Assembly: GCA_045645985.1 (NCBI GenBank)
Contig: JAZRJV010000037.1
Span: 11,395-75,394, forward strand
Source: Treponemataceae bacterium
GTDB lineage: Bacteria; Spirochaetota; Spirochaetia; Treponematales; Treponemataceae
DNA: 64,000 nt
Direction: 5' to 3'
Positions within the stretch are counted from its first letter, which is position 1. Each line of letters begins with the position of its first letter. Positions 8,390 through 18,546 of the stretch are shown piece by piece. The notes under the pieces were generated by a model, which saw only the letters and a list, made by a program, of their open reading frames with translations, was not told the origin of the DNA and searched no databases. Made by a program: the position numbers and the translations under genes.

Positions 8390-9808
8390 ATGGAATACAG
8401 AATTGAACACGATTCAATGGGCGATGTAAAAGTTCCTGCAAACAAATACTGGGCTGCTCAAACAGAAAGAAGTCACGAAAACTTTAACATCGGTGTTGGA
8501 ATCGAAACAATGCCACGAGAAATCACAAAGGCTTTTGGTGTGTTAAAAAAAGCCGCTGCAATGGCAAACAACGCACTTAAACCAGAAAAAATGACTGCAG
8601 AAAAATTAGACGCAATTTCTAAAGCATGTGATGAAGTTATTTCTGGTGAACTTTTTGACCACTTCCCTCTTGTTGTATGGCAAACTGGTAGTGGAACTCA
8701 ATCTAACATGAACGCAAACGAAGTTATTGCAAATCGCGGTAACGAAATTGCTTCAGGACTTCCTGCAGGAACTTTCTTTGAAGATGCTTCTAAAGTAACA
8801 AAACTTCTTCATCCAAATGATGATATCAATATGAGCCAATCTTCTAACGATACTTTCCCTACAGCAATGCATATTGCAGCAGTTACAATCTTAGAAGACA
8901 AACTTATTCCTGCTGTTGAACTTTTAATCAATACTTTTGCTCGTTTAGAAAAAGAAAACGAAGGAATCGTAAAATCAGGAAGAACTCACTTACAAGATGC
9001 AACTCCTATCACTTTCAGTCAAGAAATCTCAGGTTGGAGAACTTCTCTTGAAAGAGATATTGAACTTATCAAACTTTCACTTAAACCTTTAAGAGAACTT
9101 GCTCTCGGAGGAACAGCTGTTGGAACAGGTCTTAACGCACCAAAAGGTTTTGATGTAAAAGTTGCAGAAGCTGTTTCAAAATTAACTGGAAAAGAATTTG
9201 TTACAGCTGGAAACAAATTCCACGCTTTAACAAGTAAAGATGAATTAGTATTTGCTCATGGTGCATTAAAAGCTCTTGCTGCAGATATGATGAAAATTGC
9301 AAATGATGTTCGCTGGCTTGCTTCAGGTCCTCGTGTTGGTCTTGGAGAAATTAAAATTCCTGAAAATGAACCAGGTTCTTCAATTATGCCAGGAAAAGTA
9401 AACCCAACTCAATGTGAAGCTGTAACTATGGTTGCTGTTCAAGTTATGGGAAATGATGTAGCTGTTGGAATGGCTGCAAGTCAAGGTAACTTCGAACTTA
9501 ACGTATTTATGCCAGTTTGTATTTACAACTTCTTACAATCAGCTCGTTTATTGGCAGAATCAATTGTTTCTTTCAATAACAACTGTGCTGTTGGAATTAC
9601 TGCAGATAAAGAAAAAATGCACAACAATCTTCATAACTCATTGATGCTTGTAACTGCATTAAATCCATACATTGGATACGAAAATGCTGCAAAAACTGCT
9701 AAAAAAGCTTACAAAGAAAATATTTCTCTAAAAGAAGCTTGTGTTGCTCTTGGATTCTTAACTTCAGAAAAATTTGATGAAGTTTTCCATCCTGAACAAA
9801 TGGTATAA
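8390..9808 (+). CDS. fumC: class II fumarate hydratase
   Basis: Track start 8378 is TTG. ATG at 8390 follows GGAGA. GSSIMPGKVNPTQCEA fumarate-lyase signature. About 470 aa, typical of FumC. Confidence 0.95.
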   Translation: MEYRIEHDSMGDVKVPANKYWAAQTERSHENFNIGVGIETMPREITKAFGVLKKAAAMANNALKPEKMTAEKLDAISKACDEVISGELFDHFPLVVWQTGSGTQSNMNANEVIANRGNEIASGLPAGTFFEDASKVTKLLHPNDDINMSQSSNDTFPTAMHIAAVTILEDKLIPAVELLINTFARLEKENEGIVKSGRTHLQDATPITFSQEISGWRTSLERDIELIKLSLKPLRELALGGTAVGTGLNAPKGFDVKVAEAVSKLTGKEFVTAGNKFHALTSKDELVFAHGALKALAADMMKIANDVRWLASGPRVGLGEIKIPENEPGSSIMPGKVNPTQCEAVTMVAVQVMGNDVAVGMAASQGNFELNVFMPVCIYNFLQSARLLAESIVSFNNNCAVGITADKEKMHNNLHNSLMLVTALNPYIGYENAAKTAKKAYKENISLKEACVALGFLTSEKFDEVFHPEQMV

Positions 9809-9826
9809 ATTTTTACGAGGGTCTTT

Positions 9827-10618
9827 ATGAATTATAGTTATTATCCAGGTTGTACATTGCGTACAAAAGCAAAAGACTTGGATTTTTATGCAAAAAAAAG
9901 TCTTGAAGCCTTAGGTTCTTCACTTGTTGAAGTTCCAGATTGGCAATGTTGTGGAGGTGTTTACTCTACAGCAAAAGACGAAGTTGCAAATAAACTTTCT
10001 GCAGTAAGAGCATTAGTTGCAGCACGAGATGCTGGGCAAGATTTAGTTACAGTATGTTCTGCTTGTCATAATGTATTAAAGCAAGTAAACAACGACATGA
10101 AAAATGATGAATACATCAAAAGTCATGCAAACGCTTATATGCAGTTAGAAACTCCTTACGAAGGAGAAACAAATGTTATTCACTTCCTTGAACTTTTAAG
10201 AGACAAAATCGGATTTGATGAAATTGCAAAAAAAGTAGTTAATCCAATTGGTAAAAAAATCGGTGCTTACTACGGATGTCTTTTACTTCGTCCTGGAAAA
10301 GTTATGGAAATGGATAATCCAGAAAATCCAAAAATTCTTGAAGATTTTATCAAAGCTATTGGTGGTGAACCAGTTATCTACGCTAGAAGAAATGAATGCT
10401 GTGGTGGTTATATCACTATGGAAGATAAAAATATCGCTAACAAAAAAAGCGGTTTAATTTTGGAAAATGCAAAAGAACAAGGTGCAGAACTTTTAGTTAC
10501 AGCTTGTCCTCTTTGTTTATACAATCTCAAGAAAAACACTGATGGCCATGAACTTCCTGTAGTTTATTTTACAGAACTTTTAGCTCAAGCTCTCGGCGTA
10601 AAAAAAGGAGATGAGTAA
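9827..10618 (+). CDS. hdrB: heterodisulfide reductase subunit B-like protein (two CCG domains)
   Basis: 263 aa. First CCG domain is C9-X31-C41C42-X34-C77-X2-C80 (YYPGC...WQCCGG...VCSACH). Second copy is YYGCLLL...NECCGGY...ACPLCLYN. Confidence 0.85.
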   Translation: MNYSYYPGCTLRTKAKDLDFYAKKSLEALGSSLVEVPDWQCCGGVYSTAKDEVANKLSAVRALVAARDAGQDLVTVCSACHNVLKQVNNDMKNDEYIKSHANAYMQLETPYEGETNVIHFLELLRDKIGFDEIAKKVVNPIGKKIGAYYGCLLLRPGKVMEMDNPENPKILEDFIKAIGGEPVIYARRNECCGGYITMEDKNIANKKSGLILENAKEQGAELLVTACPLCLYNLKKNTDGHELPVVYFTELLAQALGVKKGDE

Positions 10619-10620
10619 TT

Positions 10621-11007
10621 ATGGAAGCAAAAATCAGTAAGGAACAAATCATTCAGATTAGTGGTGTAAATCCTAGAAAATGTATGAGATGCGGAAAATG
10701 TTCTGCTTCTTGTCCATCCTATGATGAAATGGAATATCACCCACATCAATTTGTTTACATGGTAGAAAATGGAGATATTGAAAGTTTGGCAAAATCACCT
10801 TCACTTTTCAAATGTCTTTCATGTTTTGCTTGTATTGAACGATGTCCTAGAAATGTTGAACCTGCAAAACTTGTAGAAGCTGTTAGAACTGCTGTTGTAA
10901 GACAACAGGGAAACAACCACTTAAAAGCAGAGCAGATTCCAGAAATGTTGGATGAAGATTTGCCTCAACAGGCTATCGTAAGTGCTTTTAGAAAGTATAA
11001 GAAATAG
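10621..11007 (+). CDS. hdrC: heterodisulfide reductase subunit C-like 2x[4Fe-4S] protein
   Basis: 128 aa. CMRCGKCSASCP and CLSCFACIERCP motifs. Only 2-nt gap after hdrB. Confidence 0.85.
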   Translation: MEAKISKEQIIQISGVNPRKCMRCGKCSASCPSYDEMEYHPHQFVYMVENGDIESLAKSPSLFKCLSCFACIERCPRNVEPAKLVEAVRTAVVRQQGNNHLKAEQIPEMLDEDLPQQAIVSAFRKYKK

Positions 11008-11016
11008 GGATTAGAT

Positions 11017-13017
11017 ATGCAAAGAATCGGTGTTTTTGTGTGCCATTGTGGTACAAATATTGCTGCAACAGTTGATGTAAAAGCTGTTGCCGAAGCTCTC
11101 AGTCACGAACCTGGTGTTGTAGTTTCTAAAGAATATCAGTATATGTGTTCTGAAGCAGGACAAAATCTTATTAAAGATGCTATCAAAGAAAATAAATTAA
11201 CTGGAGTTGTTGTGTGTTCTTGTTCACCTCGTATGCACGAAGCAACTTTCAGAAAAACAGCTGCAGAAGCAGGACTTAACTCTTACATGGTAGAAATTGC
11301 CAACATCCGTGAACAATGTTCTTGGATTCACAAAGAAGTTCCTGTAGCAACTGAAAAAGCAATCGCACTTGGAAAAGCTGCTGTTGCAAAAGTTCACTTA
11401 AACGCTCCGTTAACTCCAGGTGAAACTCCTGTTACAAAAAGAGCATTGGTTATCGGTGGTGGTATTGCAGGTATTCAAACTGCATTGGATATTGCAGATG
11501 CAGGTTTCCCAGTTGATATCGTAGAAAAAGAACCAACTATCGGTGGAAAGATGACTCAAATTGATAAAACTTTCCCTACTTTAGACTGCGCCGCTTGTAT
11601 TCTTACACCAAAAATGGTTGACTGTGCTCAAAATGATAAAATCAGAATTTTATCTTATAGCGAAGTTGCAGAAGTAAAAGGCTTTGTTGGAAATTTCTCA
11701 GTAAAAATCAAACGAAAGGCTCGTTTTGTTGACGAAACAAAATGTACAGGTTGTGGAGTTTGTACAGAAAAATGTCCTCAGAAAAAAGTTCCTAATGAAT
11801 TTAACTTAGGAATGAATAATAGAACTGCAATTTACATTCCTTTTGCACAAGCTGTTCCAAAGGTTGCAACAATCGACCCTAATTCTTGTATGATGTTAAA
11901 AACAGGAAAATGTGGTGTTTGTTCAAAAGTTTGTGGAGCAGGTGCTATCGATTACAAACAACAAGATACTTATCTTGAAGAAAAATATGGTGCAATCGTT
12001 GTAGCAACAGGATTTAATCCTATCAATGTTGAAAAATATGACGAATTTGCATACACACAAAGCAAAGATGTTGTAACTTCACTTGAATTTGAACGCTTGA
12101 TGAATGCAGCAGGTCCTACAAACGGAACATTGCTTCGTCCATCTGACGGAAAACATCCTCATACTTTGGTTTTTGTACAATGTGTTGGAAGCCGCGAAGA
12201 CGGAAATGGTTGCAAAGGCGGAAAAGAATATTGTTCAAAAATCTGTTGTATGTATACAGCAAAACACGCAATGCTTTGTCGTGAAAAATATCCAGATACT
12301 GATGTTTATGTATTCTACATTGATGTTCGTACTCCTGGTAAAAACTTTGACGAATTCTATCGCCGTGCAGTTGAACAATACGGAGTTCACTATGTAAAAG
12401 GTATGGTAGGAAAAGTTGTACCTAGAGCAGACGGAAAACTTGAAGTTTACGGTTCAGACTTAATCGATAACAAACAAATCAAAATTGATGCTGATATGGT
12501 TGTTTTAGCAGCTGCTATCGAACCAGATAAAACAGCTCGTCCACTTGCTACAATGCTTACAGCAAGTATGGATACAAACGACTTCTTTACAGAAGCTCAC
12601 CCAAAACTTCGTCCAGTAGAAAGTCCTACAGCAGGTGTTTTCTTGTCAGGAACTTGTCAAGGACCAAAAGATATTCCAGAAACAGTTGCTCAAGCAGGTG
12701 CTGCTGCTGGAAAAGTTATTGGACTTTTAGTAAAAGATTCTCTCAAAGGAAACCCATGTGTTGCACAATCTGATCCTATGATGTGTAACGGATGTCAAGC
12801 TTGTGAAAAAGTTTGTCCTTACGGAGCTATCACTTATTCAGATACAGACTTTAGCCGAAGAAAAGACGGTTCTATGATTCGTCATGTGGCAAATGTAAAT
12901 CCAGCTGTTTGTCAAGGTTGTGGAGCTTGTACAGTTGCTTGTCCTTCTGGAGCTATGGATCTTAACGGATTCTCTACAAAACAAATTATGGCGGAGGTTG
13001 ATGCAATATGTCAGTAA
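11017..13017 (+). CDS. hdrA: heterodisulfide reductase subunit A-like FAD/FeS protein
   Basis: 666 aa. N-terminal VFVCHCGTNIA. FAD motif ALVIGGGIAGIQTALDIADAG. Ferredoxin-type motifs CTGCGVCTEKCP, CGVCSKVCGAGA, CNGCQACEKVCP, CQGCGACTVACP. Confidence 0.9.
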   Translation: MQRIGVFVCHCGTNIAATVDVKAVAEALSHEPGVVVSKEYQYMCSEAGQNLIKDAIKENKLTGVVVCSCSPRMHEATFRKTAAEAGLNSYMVEIANIREQCSWIHKEVPVATEKAIALGKAAVAKVHLNAPLTPGETPVTKRALVIGGGIAGIQTALDIADAGFPVDIVEKEPTIGGKMTQIDKTFPTLDCAACILTPKMVDCAQNDKIRILSYSEVAEVKGFVGNFSVKIKRKARFVDETKCTGCGVCTEKCPQKKVPNEFNLGMNNRTAIYIPFAQAVPKVATIDPNSCMMLKTGKCGVCSKVCGAGAIDYKQQDTYLEEKYGAIVVATGFNPINVEKYDEFAYTQSKDVVTSLEFERLMNAAGPTNGTLLRPSDGKHPHTLVFVQCVGSREDGNGCKGGKEYCSKICCMYTAKHAMLCREKYPDTDVYVFYIDVRTPGKNFDEFYRRAVEQYGVHYVKGMVGKVVPRADGKLEVYGSDLIDNKQIKIDADMVVLAAAIEPDKTARPLATMLTASMDTNDFFTEAHPKLRPVESPTAGVFLSGTCQGPKDIPETVAQAGAAAGKVIGLLVKDSLKGNPCVAQSDPMMCNGCQACEKVCPYGAITYSDTDFSRRKDGSMIRHVANVNPAVCQGCGACTVACPSGAMDLNGFSTKQIMAEVDAICQ

Positions 13018-13445
13018 ATACAGAATTTAAACCAAAAATCGTAGCATTTTGTTGTAACTGGTGTTCTTATGCAGGTGCTGACCTTGCAGGAACAAACCGC
13101 TTGAACTACCCAGCTGATGTAAAAATCATCAGAGTTCCATGTTCTTGCCGTGTAAATCCTATGTTCATTTTACGAGCATTCCAAAGAGGTGCTGACGGTG
13201 TAATTATGTGTGGATGTCACCCAGGAGACTGTCACTACACAAGTGGAAATTACTTTGCTCGTCGAAGAATGACTTTGCTTTTCTCAACACTTAGTTTTAT
13301 GGGAATTGAAAAAGGTAGAACAAGAGTAGAATGGGTTTCTGCCGCAGAAGGTGCTAAATTTGCAAAAACAATGAATGAATTTGTTGAAACAATCACTTCC
13401 CTTGGTCCAAATAAAAGATTGGAGGACTTAAGATGCAAGAATTAA
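13008..13445 (+). CDS. mvhD: MvhD/FlxD-type hydrogenase iron-sulfur (delta) subunit
   Basis: 145 aa. IVAFCCNWCSYAGADLAG...VPCSCRVNP...IMCGCHPGDCHY. Overlaps the hdrA stop by 10 nt. Confidence 0.85.
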   Translation: MSVNTEFKPKIVAFCCNWCSYAGADLAGTNRLNYPADVKIIRVPCSCRVNPMFILRAFQRGADGVIMCGCHPGDCHYTSGNYFARRRMTLLFSTLSFMGIEKGRTRVEWVSAAEGAKFAKTMNEFVETITSLGPNKRLEDLRCKN

Positions 13446-14344
13446 TTAATCAAACAGTTACAGACGCAGTTCTTGCAAGAGCAAAAGAACTTTTGTCAAA
13501 CGGAACTGTAAATCGCGTAATCGGTTGGGAAAAAGGTTTATTTGAAGACGACCAAACTCCAAGAGTTTTTACTTCAGTTGAAGAACTTGATAAAGACTTT
13601 ATTTATGATGATTACAGCGTTGCAACTGTTTCAAAATATCTCATTAAAGAAACAAAAAAAGAAGGAAAAATCTTAGCCTTCTTAAAAGCAAACGATACTT
13701 ACAGCTTTAATCAACTTGTAAAAGAACACAGAGTAAACAGAGATAATGTTTATATCGTTGCTGTTCCATCAAATGGTGAAGCACAAAAAGGGAAAATCCA
13801 TGTTGTTTATGATGAAATCATGGGCACAGACGGAAAAATTTCTGCAAAAAAAGAAGAATCTTTAGAAGATAAAGAAGCATTCAACAAAGAAAGATTTGAA
13901 ATGATTGCAAAACTTGAAGCAATGACAGCTGATGAAAGATTTGCTTTCTGGCAAAACGAACTTTCAAAATGTATCAGATGTAATGCTTGTAGAAATGTTT
14001 GTCCAGCTTGTACTTGTGAACAATGTGTTTTTGATAACCCAAAATCAGGAGTTTCACAAAAAGCTGCAGCAGATTCTTTTGAAGAAAAAATGTTCCATAT
14101 CATCAGAGCATTCCATGTTGCTGGTCGTTGTACAGACTGTGGCGAATGTTCACGAGTTTGTCCTCAAAATATTCCATTGTATCTTCTTAACAGAAAATAC
14201 ATCAAGGATGTGGACGAAATCTACGGTGAATATCAAGCAGGAGAAGACACAGAAAGTCGTGCTCCTCTTAACACTTACAAAACTGATGATGTTGAACCTT
14301 CTATCGTTTACGAAAGAGATGCTTCTCAAGGAGGAATAAACTAA
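13433..14344 (+). CDS. FeS protein, FlxC-like (4Fe-4S dicluster, sulfhydrogenase-beta-related)
   Basis: 303 aa. CIRCNACRNVCPACTCEQC and CTDCGECSRVCP. Overlaps mvhD by 13 nt. Confidence 0.6.
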   Translation: MQELINQTVTDAVLARAKELLSNGTVNRVIGWEKGLFEDDQTPRVFTSVEELDKDFIYDDYSVATVSKYLIKETKKEGKILAFLKANDTYSFNQLVKEHRVNRDNVYIVAVPSNGEAQKGKIHVVYDEIMGTDGKISAKKEESLEDKEAFNKERFEMIAKLEAMTADERFAFWQNELSKCIRCNACRNVCPACTCEQCVFDNPKSGVSQKAAADSFEEKMFHIIRAFHVAGRCTDCGECSRVCPQNIPLYLLNRKYIKDVDEIYGEYQAGEDTESRAPLNTYKTDDVEPSIVYERDASQGGIN

Positions 14345-15384
14345 TGGTAAAACTTCCTTTATCAAAATTAAATGATTTATTTGCCCTTATCAACGGAAAT
14401 CAAGAATTATATCTTCCAGTTGATACAGACAAAGGCGAAGCAGAATATAAAAAATGGCAAGAAGGATATTCTCTAAGTTCTGCATTAAACACAAATCGTA
14501 GTGCAAAAGACTTTTTCTTTCCACAAACAGAAAACATCGTTGAATTTAAGATGGAAGGAAAAAATATCGATGTTATCGACACTCGTTCAGAAACAAAAGA
14601 TTTTGTTGTGTTTGGTGTAAAAGCTTGTGATGCAAAGAGTTTTGAAATTCTTGATAGAGTTTTCCTTGTTGACCCAGTTGATACATTCTACAAAAATCGA
14701 AGAGAACACGGAACTATCGTTACATTAAGTTGTAACACAATGGCTCCAACTTGTTTCTGTTCACTTTTTGGAATTGATGTTGCAAATCCAGCAGGTGATG
14801 TTGCTTCTTGGATGGATGACGAAACTATCTGGTTTGAAGCAAACACAGAAAAAGGTAAAAACTTTTTAGCTTCAATTTCTTCATTAACAGAAAACACAAA
14901 CGATGCAGATGTTGACGCAGTTGAAGAAATCAAAGATGCAACAACAGAATTGATGAATTCACAAGCTCTTGCTAAACAAGATATGGCAAAATTCAAAGGT
15001 GAAAATCTTTTGGAATTGTTCAATTCTCCAGAATGGGAAAAACTTTCAGAAACTTGTTTAGGTTGTGGAACTTGTACATTTGTTTGTCCAACTTGTCAAT
15101 GTTACGATATTCGAGATTTCAATACAGGAAAAGGCGTTAAGCGTTTTAGATGTTGGGATAGTTGTATGTATTCTGACTTTACAAAAATGGCGGCTGAAAA
15201 TCCACGCAAATCTCAACTTGAAAGATTTAGACAAAGATTTATGCACAAACTCGTTTACTATCCTACAAAAAATGAAGGAATCTACGGATGTGTAGGTTGT
15301 GGACGCTGTTTGAACAAATGTCCAATTTCAATGAACATTGTTAAAGTTATTAAAAAGCTTTCAAATACAAAAGGAGATAACTAA
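14344..15384 (+). CDS. FeS protein, AsrA / sulfhydrogenase beta (HydB) / FlxB-like
   Basis: 346 aa. CLGCGTCTFVCPTCQCYDIRDF and CVGCGRCLNKCP. TAATG overlap with the upstream gene. Confidence 0.7.
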   Translation: MVKLPLSKLNDLFALINGNQELYLPVDTDKGEAEYKKWQEGYSLSSALNTNRSAKDFFFPQTENIVEFKMEGKNIDVIDTRSETKDFVVFGVKACDAKSFEILDRVFLVDPVDTFYKNRREHGTIVTLSCNTMAPTCFCSLFGIDVANPAGDVASWMDDETIWFEANTEKGKNFLASISSLTENTNDADVDAVEEIKDATTELMNSQALAKQDMAKFKGENLLELFNSPEWEKLSETCLGCGTCTFVCPTCQCYDIRDFNTGKGVKRFRCWDSCMYSDFTKMAAENPRKSQLERFRQRFMHKLVYYPTKNEGIYGCVGCGRCLNKCPISMNIVKVIKKLSNTKGDN

Positions 15385-16211
15385 TGGAAAATGAAGCTTT
15401 GATTCCTTATGTAGGAGTTGTAACCGATATCCGACAGGAAACTCCTGATGTTAAAACATTTAGAGTTGTAGGAAAAGACGGAAAAAAACTTTTTGAACAC
15501 AAACCAGGTCAATGTGCAATGCTTTCTGTTCCTGGTGTTTCAGAAGCAATGATTTCTATCACTTCTTCACCTACAAACACAGAATTTATGGAATTTAGCG
15601 TAAAAAAATGTGGTTGTTTAACAGAATGGTTACACTCAATGGAAGTTGGCCAAAATATCACAGTTCGCGGACCTTACGGAAACGGATTCCCAGTAGAAAC
15701 AGCTTTCAAAGGCAAAAACTTGCTTTTTATCGCTGGTGGTATCGGTCTTGCACCACTTCGCTCAGTAATTAATTATGTTCGTGATAAACGAGAAAACTAC
15801 GGAACAGTTCAAATCGTTTACGGTGCTCGTTCAAAGGCAGACCTTGTTGCTTACAAAGAAATTATTGATGAATGGACAAATGATTCAGGAATCGAAGTTT
15901 GTCTTACAATCGATAATCCTCAGGATGACTGGGACGGACATGTTGGATTCATTCCTAACTATGTAAAAGAATTAAATCCTGATACAAGCAAAACTGTAAT
16001 TATGTGTGGACCACCAATTATGATTAAATTCACATTGGCAGGACTTAAAGAATTAGGTTTTGTTGATACACAGGTTTTCACAACTATGGAAATGAGAATG
16101 AAATGTGGAATCGGAAAATGTGGTCGCTGTAACATTGGTGATAAATATGTTTGTAAAGACGGTCCGGTTTTCAGTTTTGACCAACTTAGTGAATTACCAC
16201 CAGAATATTAA
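15384..16211 (+). CDS. NAD(P)H-binding flavoprotein with C-terminal [2Fe-2S], AsrB / HydG / PyrK / FlxA-like
   Basis: 275 aa. FNR-type fold: HKPGQCAML, NLLFIAGGIGLAPLRS. C-terminal CGIGKCGRCNIGDKYVCKDGPVF. TAATG overlap with the upstream gene. Confidence 0.8.
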   Translation: MENEALIPYVGVVTDIRQETPDVKTFRVVGKDGKKLFEHKPGQCAMLSVPGVSEAMISITSSPTNTEFMEFSVKKCGCLTEWLHSMEVGQNITVRGPYGNGFPVETAFKGKNLLFIAGGIGLAPLRSVINYVRDKRENYGTVQIVYGARSKADLVAYKEIIDEWTNDSGIEVCLTIDNPQDDWDGHVGFIPNYVKELNPDTSKTVIMCGPPIMIKFTLAGLKELGFVDTQVFTTMEMRMKCGIGKCGRCNIGDKYVCKDGPVFSFDQLSELPPEY

Positions 16212-16234
16212 GATAAGGAAGGATAAAAAACATT

Positions 16235-16909
16235 ATGGAACAAAATTTAGTTGATGTTTTCTTTTTTGGTAAAAAATATAGTGTACCAGAAAATCTTACA
16301 ATCATGACAGCTATGGAATACGCTGGATATAAACTTGTAAGAGGATGTGGTTGTCGTAACGGTTTCTGTGGAGCTTGTGCTACAATTTATCGTATCAAAG
16401 GTGATAACGAACTTAAAGCATGTTTAGCTTGTCAAACAAAAGTTGAAGAAGGAATGTATGTTGCAACTCTTCCATTCTTCCCACTTGAGAAAAAACTTTA
16501 TGACATCAATGCTGTAAAACCTACAGAACAAGTGATGATGCAACTTTATCCAGAAATTTACAGTTGTATCGGTTGTAATGCTTGTACAAAAGCTTGTACT
16601 CAAGAACTCAATGTTATGCAGTATATCGCTTATGCACAACGCGGTGAATATGAAAAATGTGCAGAAGAATCATTTGACTGTGTAATGTGTGGAGTTTGTT
16701 CTTCAAGATGTCCAGCAGGAATTTCTCATCCACAGGTTGCAGAACTTGCTCGTCGTATCAACGGAAAATATTTACAACCACAAACACAACACCTTATCGA
16801 TAGAGTTAACGAAATCAACGAAGGTAAATGTGAAGAACTTATTCAATCAATTATGAATAAGCCATTAGACCAAATTAAAGAACTTTACAATACTAGAGAT
16901 TTTGAATAG
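16235..16909 (+). CDS. succinate dehydrogenase/fumarate reductase iron-sulfur subunit-like protein
   Basis: 224 aa. 2Fe-2S-type CGCRNGFCGACATIY...C, then CIGCNACTKAC and CVMCGVCSSRCP. Confidence 0.8.
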   Translation: MEQNLVDVFFFGKKYSVPENLTIMTAMEYAGYKLVRGCGCRNGFCGACATIYRIKGDNELKACLACQTKVEEGMYVATLPFFPLEKKLYDINAVKPTEQVMMQLYPEIYSCIGCNACTKACTQELNVMQYIAYAQRGEYEKCAEESFDCVMCGVCSSRCPAGISHPQVAELARRINGKYLQPQTQHLIDRVNEINEGKCEELIQSIMNKPLDQIKELYNTRDFE

Positions 16910-16919
16910 GAGATGTGGA

Positions 16920-18545
16920 ATGTATAATAACGAATTAGACGAATTAGCAAAAATCGTTGCAGAAAAAAGAGAAGCTAACATCAAATTTGAAGCAACTCGC
17001 TTAACAGCAGAAGAAAAGGATACAATCCTCAAAGAAAATCATCCTGATAACATTCCAAGTCAGTTTGAACAAATTAAAATCGGTCCAAACAAAGGACAAA
17101 AAGCTCCTATCGAACTTACAAAAGTTTTACAAGGAAAACCTCGTCTTTCTTCAAAAGAAGTAAACTTAGACAATGTTGACTATGAAGCTGATGTATTGGT
17201 AATCGGTGGTGGTGGTTCTGGAACAAGTGCCGCTATCATGGCAAGTGAAGCTGGCGCAAAAGTTCTTCTTGTTACAAAACTTCGCGTAGGGGACGCAAAC
17301 ACAATGATGGCAGAAGGAGGAATCCAAGCTGCTGATAAACCAAACGACTCTCCAGCACAACACTATCTTGACGCTTTTGGTGGTGGACACTTTGACGGTG
17401 TTCCAGAATTGGTTTACACATTGGTAAACAAAGCTCCAGAAGCTATCAAATGGTTGAACGACTTAGGTGTTGAATTTGACAAAGAAGCTGACGGAACAAT
17501 GGTTACAACTCACGGTGGTGGAACAAGCCGCAAACGAATGCACGCATGTAAAGACTATTCTGGTGCAGAAATTATGCGTACTCTCCGTGACGAAGCATTT
17601 AACCGCGCAAAAGATATTGAAGTTGTCGATTTTACAGCTGCAATTGAAATTATCAAAGATGAAAAAGGAAATGCTGCAGGTGCTGTTCTTATGAACATGG
17701 AAACTGGTGAAATCAGAATTGCAAAAGCAAAAGTTGTTGTAATTGCAACTGGTGGAGCTGGAAGAATGCACTATCAAAACTTCCCTACTTCAAACCACTA
17801 CGGAGCAACAGCTGACGGTCTTGTTTTGGCTTACAGAGCAGGTGCTGAACTTTTATATCAAGATTCTTTACAATATCACCCAACTGGTGCTGCATATCCA
17901 GCACAGATTTTAGGAGCCTTGGTTACAGAAAAAGTTCGTTCACTTGGTGCAAAACTTATCAATGCAAAAGGTGAAGTTTACATTCACCCACTTGAAACTC
18001 GTGATGTAAACGCTTCTGGAATTATCAAACAATGTAAAATCGGAAACGGAATTAAAACAGCAATTTCTGAAGGTGTTTGGCTTGATACTCCAATGATTGA
18101 AGCAATCCACGGAGAAGGAACAATCGAAAAGAGTATTCCTGCAATGCTTCGTATGTTCGGAAAATATGGAATCGATATTAGAAAGGAACCTATCCTTGTT
18201 TACCCTACACTTCACTATCAAAATGGTGGTGTAAAAATCAACAAAGATTGTCAAACTTCAGTTCCTAACTTGTTAGTTGCAGGTGAAGCTGCTGGTGGTA
18301 TCCACGGAACAAACAGACTTATGGGTAACTCACTTCTTGATGTTGTTGTATTCGGTCGTCAGGCTGGTATGGCTGCAGGAAGAATGTTCAAAGATATTGC
18401 AATGCCAGAAAAACTCACACTTAAACATGTTGATGATTTTGAAGCTGAAAGAGCAAATGCTGGAATTACAGACGAAACTCCATCTCCAAAACTTTTACCA
18501 AGTTATACACATGGTAATCCAAAACTAGAAGGATTGGTAAAATAA
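16920..18545 (+). CDS. fumarate reductase/succinate dehydrogenase flavoprotein-like subunit (soluble type, no covalent-FAD His)
   Basis: Track start 16902 is TTG. ATG at 16920 follows AGGAGA. DVLVIGGGGSGTSAAIMASEAG FAD motif after a ~95-aa N-terminal extension. QYHPTG, ETRD, LHYQNGGV and GEAAGGIHGTNRLMGNSL align to E. coli FrdA H232, R287, H355 and R390 segments. RSHTVAAEGG is replaced by DANTMMAEGG. Confidence 0.85.
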   Translation: MYNNELDELAKIVAEKREANIKFEATRLTAEEKDTILKENHPDNIPSQFEQIKIGPNKGQKAPIELTKVLQGKPRLSSKEVNLDNVDYEADVLVIGGGGSGTSAAIMASEAGAKVLLVTKLRVGDANTMMAEGGIQAADKPNDSPAQHYLDAFGGGHFDGVPELVYTLVNKAPEAIKWLNDLGVEFDKEADGTMVTTHGGGTSRKRMHACKDYSGAEIMRTLRDEAFNRAKDIEVVDFTAAIEIIKDEKGNAAGAVLMNMETGEIRIAKAKVVVIATGGAGRMHYQNFPTSNHYGATADGLVLAYRAGAELLYQDSLQYHPTGAAYPAQILGALVTEKVRSLGAKLINAKGEVYIHPLETRDVNASGIIKQCKIGNGIKTAISEGVWLDTPMIEAIHGEGTIEKSIPAMLRMFGKYGIDIRKEPILVYPTLHYQNGGVKINKDCQTSVPNLLVAGEAAGGIHGTNRLMGNSLLDVVVFGRQAGMAAGRMFKDIAMPEKLTLKHVDDFEAERANAGITDETPSPKLLPSYTHGNPKLEGLVK

Positions 18546-18546
18546 A

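Noticed and set aside
11017-13445. Selenocysteine (in-frame TGA) in HdrA/MvhD, as seen in some Hdr systems.
   Set aside because: Both reading frames are uninterrupted and the conserved positions are encoded as Cys. No SECIS-like need arises.
12104-14365. Alternative-frame and antisense ORFs inside hdrA, mvhD and the FlxC/FlxB-like genes (12104..12397, 13250..13438, 13807..14103, 13932..14339, 14150..14365).
   Set aside because: The annotated frames carry the complete, correctly spaced Cys motifs. The alternatives have no motifs and overlap those frames entirely.
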